A stretch of DNA of 64,000 bases from Podarcis vaucheri (Eukaryota): the NCBI GenBank assembly GCA_965113315.1, contig OZ220372.1; one strand, 5' to 3'. Shown piece after piece: positions 37,343 to 49,687 of the stretch (position 1 is the stretch's first letter; the number at the start of each line of letters is the position of its first letter). The notes under the pieces were generated by a model. That model was not told the DNA's origin and ran no database searches. It saw only the letters and a program-made list of their open reading frames with translations. A program made the position numbers and the translations under genes.

Positions 37343-38157
37343 CTGGTTCTTGGGGGACAGGGAGCGGGTGGGTGTGGGGGATTCCCTGGTCCTGAATGGG
37401 GTAACTGTGCCCCTGAAGGACCAGGTGCGCAGCCTGGGAGTCATTTTGGACTCACAGCTGTCCATGGAGGCGCAGGTTAATTCTGTGTCCAGGGCAGCTG
37501 TTTACCAGCTCCACCTGGTACGCAGGCTAAGACCCTACCTGCCCGTAGACTGTCTCGCCAGAGTGGTGCATGCTCTGGTTATCTCTCGCTTGGACTACCT
37601 CAATGCGCTCTATGTGGGGCTACCTTTGAAGGTGACCCGGAAACTGCAATTAATCCAGAATGCAGCAGCTAGACTGGTGACTGAGAGTGGCCGCCAGGAC
37701 CACATAACACCGGTTCTGAGAGATCTGCATTGGCTCCCAGTAAGTTTCCAAGCACAATTCAAAGTGTTGGTGCTGTCCTTTAAAGCCCTAAACGGCCTCG
37801 GTCCTGTATACCTGAAGGAGCGTCTCTACCCCCATCGTTCAGCCCGGACACTGAGATCCAGCGCCGAGGGCCTTCTGGCGGTTCCCTCATTGTGAGAAGT
37901 GAGGCTACAGGGAACCAGACAGAGAGCCTTCTTGGTAGTGGCACCCGCCCTGTGGAACGCCCTCCCATCAGATATCAAAGAGATAAACAACTACCTGACA
38001 TTCAGAAGACATCTTAAGGCAGCCCTGTTCAGGGAAGTTTTATAATATTTAACGCTGTACTGTTTTTAACAGTTGATTGGGAGCCGCCCAGAGTGGCTGG
38101 GGAAACTCAGCCAGATGGGCGGGGTATAAATAATTTATCATCATCATCATCATCATC
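37343..38157 (+). mobile_element. 5'-truncated L2 LINE
   Basis: ORF2 C-terminus VRSLGVILDSQLSM...HALVISRLDY...QLIQNAAARLV...HITPVLRDLHWLP; short-repeat tail. Confidence 0.92.
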
Positions 38158-38668
38158 TTACTTATCATTCACCACCCAAAGGCACAGTGACTTTGAGAAA
38201 TGCTAGCTTAGAATATCTTTGCCTCCATACTATGCATTTGGACCGGAAAACCCCACCTTTTCCTTGTGGCACTCCAGCCAAACAAGTATTCCAAAAAGGA
38301 ACTTGAATCCCTTGATTATAAGGCTGCGGTTGCTCAGACGAGAGAGGCAGTGCAAACCACTCCTTAGTTTTGTATTTGAAGAGATGGCTTTGTCCATGTA
38401 AGCTCAGCAAGTGGGCAAGAACAAAAATGTTGCACGTTTATTAGTAAAAGGAAAGACTTTCAGCTCACAACTTTTGGAAACAGTATTCTTAACTTCAGTA
38501 ATTAGAGTTATCACATACATCCCAGTTTATATATAATATATACACTCTTCTGATGTATAAATGATACTCTTCTTTTTGCTTGCTTTGCTGAAATGTGTTT
38601 ATTGAATTGATTTTTATTACATAAAGGACATTTGAACTGGTTGAAATATTGGTGAAGGATGTGTGCTA

Positions 38669-39148
38669 GACAGCATCTTAAAAAGCAGAGACATCACCTT
38701 GCCAACAAAGGCCCCTATGGTTAAAGCTATGGTTGTCCCAGTATGATGTATGGAAGTGAGAGCTGGACCATAAAGAAGGCTGATCGCCAAAGAATTGATG
38801 CTTTTGAATTATAGTGATGGAGGAGACTATTGAGAGTCCCATGGACTGCAAGAAGATCAAACCTCTCCATTCTGAAGGAAATCAGCCCTGAGTGCTCACT
38901 GGAAGGACAGATCCTGAAGCTGAGGCTCCAATACTTTGGCCACCTCATGAGAAGAAAAGACTCCCTGGGAAAGACCCTGATGTTGGGAAAGATGGAGGGC
39001 ACAAGGAGAAGGGGATGACAGAGGATGAGATGGTTGGACAGTGTTCTCGAAGCTACCAACATGAGTTTGACCAAACTGCGGGAGGCAGTGGAAGACAGGA
39101 GTGCCTGGCGTGCTCTGGTCCATGGGGTCATGAAGAGTCGGACACGAC
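38669..39148 (+). mobile_element. BovB (RTE) 3' fragment
   Basis: Near-identical to 13737-14210; TSD TGCTA (38664-38668 / 39149-39153). Confidence 0.92.
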
Positions 39149-40938
39149 TGCTAATCTGTTTGTATATATTGCCTTTTCCAAAAATGTTGAGTACAAGGCA
39201 GTTTAGTTACTAAGACTGATGAGACTGGTAAGCCCAGAATGGACACTTAAATCTTGCCTGCAGAAGATGGAAAGGACCAAGTAAAGAAAATAGTCTTGTG
39301 TCTTTCTTCTGGATTCTTCCTCTGCCAGTAGGTTGCTATAGATTCTAAATGAAGCTCTTTCAGTTTTCAGTTATGTAGGAATTATTGCACCCTGGAGTGT
39401 CCTGCAGTAGAAACACCTACTTGGCCAATGTCTACTGGTTTGTGTGTTGCCTGTCAAGGAAAATGGTTGTTATTGTTGTTGTTTTATGTGTGGATCTGCT
39501 TCTGGTGCTTTAAAACACAGTTTGAATGCCAGAGAACACACACCTTTTACATGACAACGTCTCCTGATTGAGAAACGTGCTACCAGAAGGACCCAGCTGA
39601 AGCAGGGTCAGCAAATCTTTCAACAATGCTCACTGAGAAGGAAAAAGGCACAGCATATTAACCTTCAGATAATCCCTGCCTTTCTTGCAGTACTGAAAGA
39701 ACAACAGTTAATGTCTCTCTTCTGACCCAAAACATTTCCTAACAAAATGGGATCGTGGGAAATAATCAGAAGGCCAGAGTTTAAAATAAAAGTGGAGGTT
39801 CTGTTCAACCACAGCTTGTCAGGGCTGACTGACATTGATGTGGCTGTGCTGAAGCAGGGAATACAGTCAACAGCCAATAGAGGATTTGGATGTCTTAGCA
39901 GAGTTATGTTTCAAAGAACAGAGAGTAAAAGAAAACAATTTTATTTCAGATTGCAGATCACATAGCTACTGAATAAGAGTAAATATCAACCTTTCAGGCT
40001 CAAGAAAATCATCCAAACAAAGTAAAAGCCAATAGTGGTTAAATTAAGTTAAATGGCTGAGAAATGATGTTTTGGAATATGTTTTTTATTTTATATACTA
40101 CCATTCATAATGTTTATGCAATAGCAGATTACAATGAAGTAACTTTGGTTAACAGTTCTAATTGCACAATGAATTTCTGTGTTCCTGTTCAGCAATTTCT
40201 AATGCAGATAATGAAAAGAGTATTTTGTTTTGTTGACAACAGAGGTGGAAACAAATGGTTCTATATAAAGACTCCCTTTTCCACGATCCTATTCAGATGC
40301 AAGGGGCCTTTTCCAAGCCATCAGTTTCTTGGCACATGAAGAAGCAACAAGCTTGCCCTATCCTGTCCCTTTCCATTCCTCTTCCTTTTGCACAGTCAGC
40401 TGCAGAGGAAACACAGTTTTATAAACCACAGTTTTTGAATATAAACCCAGAAACTGTGTTTTAAGTGCTGCCCCCCAACCAGCACTGCAAAGTAATTCTG
40501 GTTGTAGTCAGTGCTTAAACCACATGGAGGAGGTTGAGGGGTGGGGTAGAGGAGGGCTTGTTCAAGCTTGTTCATCTACCAACAAACCATGGTTTGTGGT
40601 CCATTGCCTTCGGGAAGAAAAAGGCAGAATTAAAATAGAGACATTTCTTTTACCATATGTTCTTATCAGTTGTGTATACTACAGAAGGATATACTGAATT
40701 TTGGGGGGGGGGGCAGGAGCAAACAGCTGTGCAAAAGAGGTCGCCACCCAACGCAACACACCTTATTTAAACTGGCTCCAATTAACACTAAATTAACCAT
40801 GCTTAAGCCTGTTACAATCACTGTAGTGTACATTTAACCCTATGTTTGATCATGGCCAAGGGATTTAACTGTGTCTGAGCAGGACAAATATGTGTGTCCA
40901 CGTTCTTTAAAAAGAATAAATCGGTCAAAACTCCCCTA

Positions 40939-41013
40939 TTTATTAAACAGCTAATAAGCATATAGATTGATTTGATATGACTACTTTATTTAATCACACG
41001 CCTCCCCTTTATT
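40939..41013 (-). promoter_or_regulatory. Candidate REDIC1 polyadenylation signals
   Basis: Three AATAAA on - (41008-41013, 40985-40990, 40939-40944), about 95-170 nt past the stop. Confidence 0.45.
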
Positions 41014-41107
41014 ACTGTAATCCAGAATGCCTAAGTTTATTTTGCCATATATTGTTTCAAGAGACAAACTCTTAACTCAACGAATGGATGCTTCTCAGAG
41101 CAGCGCT

Positions 41108-41566
41108 TCAGCATTCATCTGCAGGAATGTTCTGCCCTCCAGTGGTCTCTACCTTGCTGGCGGAAGTGGTGATTTCAGCACTATGGACAGAGGATGGCAC
41201 GTTATTACAGCTGCAAGCCTGCATTATATTGCATTGCACGGCTGCGTCAGATTTTTCTATTTCTTCAGCACGTGTCTCTGTTTGCGACCAAGCGTTGAGC
41301 TGCGCCTTGAAATTAGCATGTTTCTTTTCACATGATCTGTGCGTTTGAGCTCTGCGCAACATATCTTTCTTCAGAAGCCTGGCTGGTTTTGCCTGGGGGT
41401 GAATGTCAGTTGTTTTCTTGTCGAGGAAAATGGAATTCATGGCCATTGACTGGCAACTGCACTGCAGCTTTTGATTTCCTGAAACTGGAAGTGAATTGCC
41501 ATCATTTCTTGCAAAAGAGTTCTCAAAGTAAGACAATGCTCTTCCATCCTGCTCTTCCTCTTCAGA
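41108..41566 (-). CDS. REDIC1: REDIC1 terminal exon (459 bp including TGA)
   Basis: tttcaacag|TCT; SEEEEQDG...NAWSQTE...KSDAAVQCNIMQACSC...ETTGGQNIPADEC* resembles the recalled human C12orf40 C-terminus (DAGIQTE...KLDVAIQCDLISKCTC...DTTGGQEI). Confidence 0.88.
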   Translation of the reverse strand, partial: SEEEEQDGRALSYFENSFARNDGNSLPVSGNQKLQCSCQSMAMNSIFLDKKTTDIHPQAKPARLLKKDMLRRAQTHRSCEKKHANFKAQLNAWSQTETRAEEIEKSDAAVQCNIMQACSCNNVPSSVHSAEITTSASKVETTGGQNIPADEC

Positions 41567-41810
41567 CTGTTGAAACAGAATTATCAGTTTAATCGTGCAC
41601 ATCTGGGTCCAGTGAATCACCATTCTTGTTAATGTCATATAGGAATGGTTTTTGGTGTTTATGTGACCCTGCTGCATTCAACCCTGCTCATAAATATATA
41701 TACTCTACTGGGCTAAAACAAAACAAAAAACCATTGGCACCCCTGCTTATTCCCAGACACTTGGATAAGCTTGTGTAAACTCAGTTATGGCAATATTTGC
41801 CTCGCTTTAC

Positions 41811-41893
41811 CTCAGCAGATGTAGTAGTGGCATAGCTCTCTGTTCGGTTTGGAGAATAACTAGGTGATTGGTTGCTTAGCTGAGATTCTTCAT
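41811..41893 (-). CDS. REDIC1: REDIC1 exon (83 bp)
   Basis: gtttcag|AT...GAG|gtaaag; DEESQLSNQSPSYSPNRTESYATTTSAE resembles human SAQSSRSTSYSPRPTDSCFSSSSD; phases 1 / 0. Confidence 0.85.
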
Positions 41894-42286
41894 CTGAAAC
41901 AATATATATCTCAAAATTCTAAGCACTAACAAACTTTTCGAAAAGAATGTTGTCTAATTTCCCCATCTTTTAGAACCCATGGGAGGGAAAAAAAATTTAA
42001 AAGATGAAAATGACTAAGTGGCAAGGGACAGTGGGGGGGGGGAATTAAAGACCACCCATTTTGCTCTGTTGTCAAGAGCCCCATATGGCTTTGGACTGGG
42101 GGATATCTTCCACCATAGATTCTCCCTCCTCACCTTCATAGGCTTGTTCCACCCAGTGGTTTACCTATTTAAGAAGAGTTAAAGCTACATAACAACTCAT
42201 TAGGTGAGAAACTCAAGACTTAAAGAACATGTGTTCTGTTCTTCTTGACCATTAAGAAAACTAAGGAATCTGAAATTAGTACTAAC

Positions 42287-42324
42287 CTTTTTGTCTTCCA
42301 TGCTTTGAATTCTGATCATAGTAA
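42287..42324 (-). CDS. REDIC1: Probable small REDIC1 exon (38 bp; alternative start 42339)
   Basis: ctgcag|T...AAAG|gttagt; YYDQNSKHGRQK; supplies the phase 2 to 1 change needed between flanking exons; acceptor weak. Confidence 0.45.
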
Positions 42325-44179
42325 CTGCAGGCTTCCTTTCTCGGGTTGTTGGTTTTTTAAAGAAAATTAAAGATGATGTTAGCCTAACTTCATTTACTGT
42401 ACATTTTACTTTGGGTTCCTCAATTCTGTTTCAGGCAAATCCCATAAATTGTTGACCAGTCATTCCAATAATATTGCACTAAGCAGCTCACATTCTCCTA
42501 TGTCTACCATGAGCTCAAACCATAAGCTTCGAAGTTAACCCAGGAAAATGGACATAACTTGCCTTTTACATAAATAAAGATTACTAGGTCATTATCTGTC
42601 TTCATAGCAACTGGACCACTGGACCTTTGCTAAATGACTTGACAAGGTGTAGATATTCACTCATGGGACTGCTGCACAACACTGACTCTACATAGCAGAG
42701 GTCATTCAGTATAAGGAACCAGGCCTCCTACACTTTCTCCATAGGCTTCACAATTTCTGCTATTGCTTAAGTCTGGTGGGAAGGACGAGTAAAAGGCAAC
42801 ACCTATCAAGCCAAGTTGACCTAAGGACCTTCCCTCACCTGAAGCTGCAGACGGGGAGTCTTGTGCTTCATTGTTATTGCTACAACTACTGTTTGTAGAG
42901 GGCTGGACTATAGGCATCCCCCAGATTGCACCCTGAGACAAAAGCGCTGTAGCTTCTCGTTCATGCACAAACACAGCTTGCTGAAACGAAATGGGGGAAG
43001 TGAGGCTCTTTGCAGGAGTTTGTTCCCCCATCCTCTTGAGTGCTGCCATTGGCAGGTCTGGTGAATTTTCTCCTGCATCTCCATCATTCTAGGCCGTTCC
43101 TCTGTCCTGGTCTGAACCGGGTAAGTTATCTTTTCACCACCAGATGAGACAAATGAGTTTATTCAACATCTGATGCTATTAAAAATGGAGAGTATGATTA
43201 GGAGAATCATCTTGCCCTTCATCTGTGCAGCTCCACTGCCTGAACCAAGTTGATCTGATCTTCCCAAGTTCTGCTTCTACAGTGATCCAGCTCTTTTCTC
43301 CATATGTACTCTAGGGGTGTGGCCCTCAGATTTGCTGAGAGCAGTTTGGGGGAATGGCAGGCAACTGGACCACTGCAGAATGAGAACAGTCTCTAATATT
43401 TCAGCTTTTCCATTATCACACACACACAAGAGAAATAAGCGCTGAACTGATAGGGAAGGGTAACACTCGAGTGTATCATGTGCAGCACATAGGCTCCTGT
43501 CACACACATTTGAGATGAGCCATGTGGTGTCTTACACTATGCTTTTGTTCTTGTAATGCACTTTGTTTCAATATGTTGGAAGCTGGCTTAGAAGGGGTAA
43601 CCCTGAAAGATGACCTAGAAAGTATGGGCCCCTTTGGGAGGAAGGGTGCGATATAGGTTTAATGAATAAATAAAACAGACAAATTAATTTATAAAACACT
43701 TCAGGAAAATCAAATACTGTTTCTCCTCATCACAACCTTCATATCTGATATAAATCCTTGGGAATTTGCCCACTTTCCACAGGAGTGATGAGTGGCAATT
43801 AGCCAGTCCTCTTTGGGTTAGTAATAGTTTCCCACTTCATAATTAACTCCCCCTTAACAGCTGAATCATACTCTCAAAAACAAGTCAGTTGCCAACATAC
43901 TAATGCCATTCTCTATACAGAACCTAACATTTTGTCATACTGAGTTTCAGAAAACAACTAAAATGTCAATGTCTTGATGCTTGCCATATCAGGTCATCTA
44001 TAGAAAGGGCTGTCAATTTTATACTTGAAAAAAAATCAAAAATCCACTCCAAGGTAACCCAAGTAAAAGCTACACATACTAATAATGGCATTTGTCATAC
44101 TAATTTCAAATTATACTAACTTTAATAATTGCTTTGACGTTATAGCAGAGCTAGAAAAGAAGGAGCAAAGAGCTGCCAT

Positions 44180-44315
44180 GGAATCATATAGTTGGAAGTG
44201 CCCATGGGGGCCATCAAATCCAACCCCTGCAATGCAAGAATATTTTGCCCAACGTGGAGCCCAAACCCATGACTGTGAGATTAAGAGTCTCATGCTCTAC
44301 CGAGTGAGCTATCCC
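44180..44315 (-). mobile_element. tRNA(Lys)-like head / CR1-tail SINE
   Basis: On -: GGGATAGCTCACTCGGTAGAGCATGAGACTCTTAATCTC...GGGGTTGGAT...CTTCCAACTATATGATTCC. Confidence 0.7.
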
Positions 44316-44564
44316 AGCATAGGAAATACTGATCTCTCTTGTTCACGCCTCAGCCTTTTGCTCCCACTGAGTTCTTAAGGGCTGATTCTATAGGCTGGTC
44401 TAGATGTGACAACGAATGTGGGTTGGCCAACAAAAATGGAAACCCTACAGCAAGTTACTCTGTTCACCATGCCCACAGAGGCATAGTGGATGCCAGGAAC
44501 AACCTGCATGATGTTATCCTGTCCTGGAGTTCCATAGTATCTACCTGCTTGCCTGCTACCTATA

Positions 44565-44806
44565 CAATGGTACCTCGGGTTACATACGCTTCAGGTTACA
44601 TACGCTTCAGGTTACAGACTCTGCTAACCCAGAAATAGTACCTCGGGTTAAGAACTTTGCTTCAGGATGAGAACAGAAATCGTGCTCCGGTGGCACGGCG
44701 GCAGCAGGAGGCCCCATTAGCTAAAGTGGTGTTTCAGGTTAAGTACAGTTTCAGGTTAAGAACAGACCTTCGGAACGAATTAAGTACTTAACCCGAGGTA
44801 CCACTG
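44565..44806. mobile_element. Tigger-like MITE
   Basis: TA TSD; TIRs CA(A/G)TGGTACCTCGGGTTA. Confidence 0.88.
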
Positions 44807-46418
44807 TATTGCCATCTACATTCTCAGCTGTAATTATTCCATCACTTTGTCCCTCCTTCCTTTATTGCATTCTCCTCAGCTCTACCCACAATCGATTCTG
44901 ATTCCCAGTTTAGTTCGCATCATGATGTGTCTGTTTGCACAAACTCTCAGTACAGTGGCACGAAATGCAGTGTTTGAAACAAATGTGAGTCATGCTCCTC
45001 TAAGGAGCACTGCTAACCTGGAGCATTTTTGAAAATTTACTCTTCAAAACATACCCCTTAAGAATTTTGCTTGCAATTTGGTGTACCCCACCAACCAATA
45101 TTCAGACAATTAAGGAATAGTCAAGAGCCCAACCTAAGCTCATTGGAAGAGACTTCCTTTCCTCATACAATGAGAAAAGTGCTCAAGATGCCAGGTTTCA
45201 GCACCAGAGGGCACACAGCATAAAATAATTCTATGTTCAGATCATAAGTAGCACTGAAAACATGCCGCATTCTACTCGAGCTGCTTCCCTTTACACACAA
45301 TGCAAATCATACAGAGCTTTTACCTGCTCAAGTCCAAATATCTGCAAGTTACTCAGATTATGTTCTGCCCATCCAGCCTTCCTGCTGCAAAATATCGGGA
45401 GAGGGGAGTCACTTCCATCGCAGTTTCAGTCCCTGATCACCAAACTAAAACTAACATTGCTAGTGGTGTTTTGGTATGTTATGGTAGCTATAATTAAACT
45501 ATAGTGTTAACTGAATAGTTTATACCCTCTTGAATAGTGGAGATCTAACACTGGGCTCCTGATCTGAAAGCGCCTGTTCTATGCCACACTGTAACAGTAG
45601 AAGAATAAGATGCATTATAATTTAAAACATTAGCCTAATGGGGCCAAAGACTGTAATTCTAAAATAAGTCATATCCTCAGCCTTGATCTTTGTTCCATAA
45701 TAATTGCATGCAATAGGCAGTAGGTTTCCTTGCTCAGTAATAACTTCTAAACATTCAACAGGTATCACTGTATTTCCCAACACAACCATTTTTGTTAGGA
45801 AACAAAGTTGGGGAAGGAGTGTGAGGTATCTTGCAACCTGAAATGGAGTGATAGCATGGGATCGTTTGATGTAACACAAACACCAGCCTAACCTTCAGTG
45901 TGATGTGCTGGTATGTCCTTTTGTCATTCCAATGGGAGGATGCAGATCAATTAAAAACTCTTAGGCCTCAGGGCAACTGCACAGTGACTTGCTTTGAGAA
46001 ACTGCAGTAAGTACGTAAACATCTATGATACTTTGCTGAACAGCAGCTATCACTAATTAACTGCTATCATGGATTATACCCTTTACCTCAGACTTTGGCA
46101 TGTTGCCCTCCAGACATTGTCTGACTTCAGCTTCCATCGGTCCCAGGCAGCATGGCCGAGAGTCAATGATCATGGTGCTTGTAGTCCCCCAGATATGGAG
46201 GGAACCGTGTTGGTTACCGCTAACCTGTGGTGTGCAGGCTGACAGATGTGGCTCATAAAACTATTTTCTGGCCACGGTGGCTTTATCAAATGGCTTTTAA
46301 AAATGCACACATTGAATTGGACACTGAAACTGGAGAGCCAGAGTGCTATAGAGATTGTCACAACAGAAATACTTGCATATATGCACTAGGCACCCTATCA
46401 CTACTTTAAAGATTAAAT

Positions 46419-46644
46419 TGGGGCCCGACAACCTGCGGCCCACAGGGGTCGTTTAAATGGCTGATGAGCCACCCCCGAACCGAGTCCCTCTCAGTGAGTC
46501 CCTGCGCGTTGCGCTAAACCGGCACAGAGCGGGGACTCGCTTCCGCGGTGCCAGAAATTGTGTCTGCGCAGACTCGATCCAGCCCACAGAGTAATCTCCG
46601 TGGGAGTGAACTGGCCCAGGTGAGGTAAACCGTGCCGAACCCTG
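46419..46644. mobile_element. hAT MITE (same family as 16721-16990)
   Basis: Sequence similarity; 8-bp TSD GATTAAAT / GGTTAAAT. Confidence 0.8.
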
Positions 46645-46668
46645 GGTTAAATGAAGCACAAATGCTTC

Positions 46669-47124
46669 TGTTAGGGTTCCAAGGGGTTGCTAGAGAGCAA
46701 GCAGGCAAATGCCTCCCTGCTCGGCTGTGAAGCCTTGCTTTTGATGCCAAAATAAACTTTATCTGTCCAGAGCGCCACTCTCCCGTGGCTGACTCATTCA
46801 CTGGCAGAATCCGTGAGTGGGCGGTCCTTAAACCTTCCCCAGCAAAGTAGTTTCTTGACACCCAGTCTGCACCTCCCCTCTCGGTGCGGAAGCCTACTGC
46901 GCTGGGAGGGCGTGGGTAACGGAGGACCTCTCTTCTCCCCACTTTGCCCAGGCAAGGTGTCCTGGCACTGCCTCGCCTCCTCCGAGCCCTGAAGCTCCTC
47001 TCCACTGGAGGCGTGGTTACTCTCCTCTGCTGAGGAGGAGCTGCTCCCCACGATCTTTGGGGGCTCTCTGTAATCCATCCAGCTTTCCCCCTCTCCCCCC
47101 TGACCCGATGGCAGTTCCCTGACA
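46669..47124. mobile_element. Solo LTR (456 bp)
   Basis: TGTTAGGG...CCCTGACA termini; perfect 5-bp TSD GCTTC (46664-46668 / 47125-47129). Confidence 0.8.
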
Positions 47125-47139
47125 GCTTCAAAGACTTAC

Positions 47140-47206
47140 CTTTTCTCTAAGCGATTTTGCATGCTGTCTGCTACCTTGATATTTCTCTTTTGGCTTTCAA
47201 ATCCCA
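47140..47206 (-). CDS. REDIC1: REDIC1 exon (67 bp)
   Basis: Strong sites ctttttattttcag|TG...AAAG|gtaagt; VGFESQKRNIKVADSMQNRLEK; phase 1 matches the preceding large exon. Confidence 0.75.
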
Positions 47207-47249
47207 CTGAAAATAAAAAGGTTATAAAATATAACTTCAGATACACCCA

Positions 47250-47685
47250 TAATAATAATTTTTATTTATACCCCGCCCTCCCCAGCCAAGGCCGGGCTCA
47301 GAGCAGCTTACAAGCAATAATAAAAACAAGAAGAATGATTACAACTTAAAAACAAAATTAAAATACAACATTAAAATATTGAAACATTAAAATATTAAAA
47401 GGTAGCCTCATTGCAGGAGGAGAAGGAAAAGAAAAAAGAAAGAGGGGGAGGGAATCAAATTGGCTCCAAGCCAAAGGCCAGGCGGAACAACTCTGTCTTA
47501 CAGGCCCTGCGGAAAGAAATCAGATCCTGCAGGGCCCTGGTCTCATGAGGCAGAGCATTCCACCAGGCCGGAGCCAGTGTTGAGAAGGCCCTGGGCTCTG
47601 GTTGAAGCTAATCTAACTTCCTTAGGGCCCGGGGCCACTAGGGTGTTGCTATTTATGGACCTTGAGGCTCTCCATGGGACGTACT
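47250..47685 (-). mobile_element. L2 LINE 3' fragment (second subfamily)
   Basis: Homologous to 51552-52085 (STRARAFSALAPAWWNALP type). Confidence 0.75.
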
Positions 47686-48524
47686 TAATAACCATTTATT
47701 AAAGCTATTTAAAAAACAAAACAAAAAAAGCAAGAACCAAGTATGTACCCCACATATGTGATGTGATGTGATGTGATGTGTTTTAGGTGTGGAGGATCTT
47801 AATGAACATTTTCCCTGCAACAATTTCTCCATTAATTTTAATGGGAATCCATTCGCCCACTGACTTCCTCCATGGAAATGAATGGGAATCCCCACTTGTA
47901 TAGAAGCTTCATATACACACATAGAATTCTGGATCAATATGTCTCTCTGTAATCTAATTCCAAATGCAACCAGATAACCAGCAGTGATAATTGTTGCTGC
48001 ATCTCCCCATAGCTCCATGATAAGAACAGTTATGTATGCTGTTAATCCACTTCCAAATTTGGCAGGAAGCCAATGCACTGCACATATAATGATGATATTG
48101 GTAACTTATTTTAAAAGACAAGGGTATTGGTAATAAGCTTAAAAGCCAAGACGTATTCTGTACAAAGAAGTGCAAGTGCACAAGTGGGGCTTTGCAGAGG
48201 TTGGCTCTGTCCTCTTGATGGAATCCATGCAGTAATATGGGATAAAGTGGGATGCAGTGCAAATACATTAGAGAGAAAGCAGATATTGTTCCTCAGTTGG
48301 GATTCTGGGCCTAGTAAGATACACCCAACCCTTCCCTCTAATTTCTCCCAGACAAGTGAATGGCTGCCATTCGCTTACATGGAGAAAAAGAAAGCAGTGT
48401 GTAAGAGACATTGTCTCTACCAATAGCACCCTATGGTGAGTGCAGTGCATCTGTGTGTATCCCCTTCAATATATAGGACCTCAAGAGGTCCCTTTGATAT
48501 ACAGGTCCTCATATGAAGCACTTA

Positions 48525-48880
48525 AGGGATGCTGGTGGCGCTGTGGGTTAAACCACAGAGCCTAGGACTTGCCGATCAGAAGGTTGGCGGTTCGAATCCC
48601 CGCGACGGGGTGAGCTCCCATTGCTCGGTCCCTGCTCCTGCCAACCTAGCAGTTCGAAAGCATGTCAAAGTGCAAGTAGATAAATACGTATTGCTCCGGC
48701 AGGAAGGTAAACGGCTTTTCCGTGCACTGCTCTGGTTCACCAGAGGCAGCTTAGTCATGCTGGCCACATGACCTGGAAGCTGTACGCTGGCTCCCTCGGC
48801 CAATAAAGCTAGATGAGCGCTGCAACCCCAGAGTCGTCCGTGACTGGACCTAATGGTCAGGGGTCCCTTTGCCTTTACTT
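48525..48880 (+). mobile_element. Sauria SINE
   Basis: 13-bp TSD TATGAAGCACTTA (48512-48524 / 48881-48893). Confidence 0.92.
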
Positions 48881-48985
48881 TATGAAGCACTTATATTAAC
48901 AAAAGGACATTTTGCTAATTGTATTATTGGGCTCCTTAAATATGAGAAGACCTCTACATTGTAATTACTTTACTTTTACATTTAC

Positions 48986-49498
48986 CTGTGTTTCCAAAGT
49001 TTTTAGCATTCTCTTGCTGTTCAGAAAACATTACAGGCTTTCGTTCTTGAATACAGTAATCTCTTGGCTGATTAATGGACTCCTGGGTGCTTGCATTTAA
49101 GCTCTGGCTGTTTGGGAAGAGAATCTGCTCCGGAGCTGTGAAAATGCCTCTGAGGTCTCTTTCAGCAGGGCACCTGTGAGCACAACTTGACATCTGGTGC
49201 ATTTCTTCCATATCATAAGGACTAGGCATTCTGGATATTTCATTTGCATTAGCTGAATCGGTAAACAGCTGGTCGATGATGCTTTTGTTACCGAAAGAAT
49301 GGCTGGAATCGGAAGAAGGAGCAGTCGGAAACTGCTGTTTCTCCTCTTCAAAGAAAGCTGCAATGGGTCCAGAGCTTTCACCAGCGGTAGCCTCTAATAT
49401 GTTATTCACAAATCCAAACAATGGCTCTTCATTGCGAAGGCTTCTGAAATTTGTGTCATCACTGACCTTGGGAGACTTGCCAAGTGGGTTACTATAGT
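48986..49498 (-). CDS. REDIC1: REDIC1 large internal exon (start 49498 or 49503)
   Basis: Within ORF 48954-49577; ERDLRGIFTAPEQILFPNS resembles human DRCIRNIFTVPELTFSNS; long pyrimidine tract; donor ACAG|gtaaat. Confidence 0.85.
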
Positions 49499-49639
49499 CT
49501 GGACTTTGTGGGGATGAGGTGGGGAAAATGAAAAGGTGAACAGTTAAACAGCTAAGCAACATATAATCTGCTGACATATTATATTACTAGTATAAACATG
49601 CATGTTCTTCACTTCAATATGATCTCGATCTCTTTCTCT

Positions 49640-49643
<4 letters not shown>

Positions 49644-49685
<42 letters not shown>
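49644..49685. repeat. (TC)n microsatellite
   Basis: Direct observation. Confidence 0.95.

Positions 49686-49687
<2 letters not shown>

Noticed and set aside
46514-47131. 205-aa ORF
   Set aside because: Runs across a GC-rich solo LTR and a MITE; open by composition.
47653-48078. Hydrophobic 141-aa ORF in a REDIC1 intron
   Set aside because: No family recognised; not needed for frame; runs into a simple repeat and an L2.
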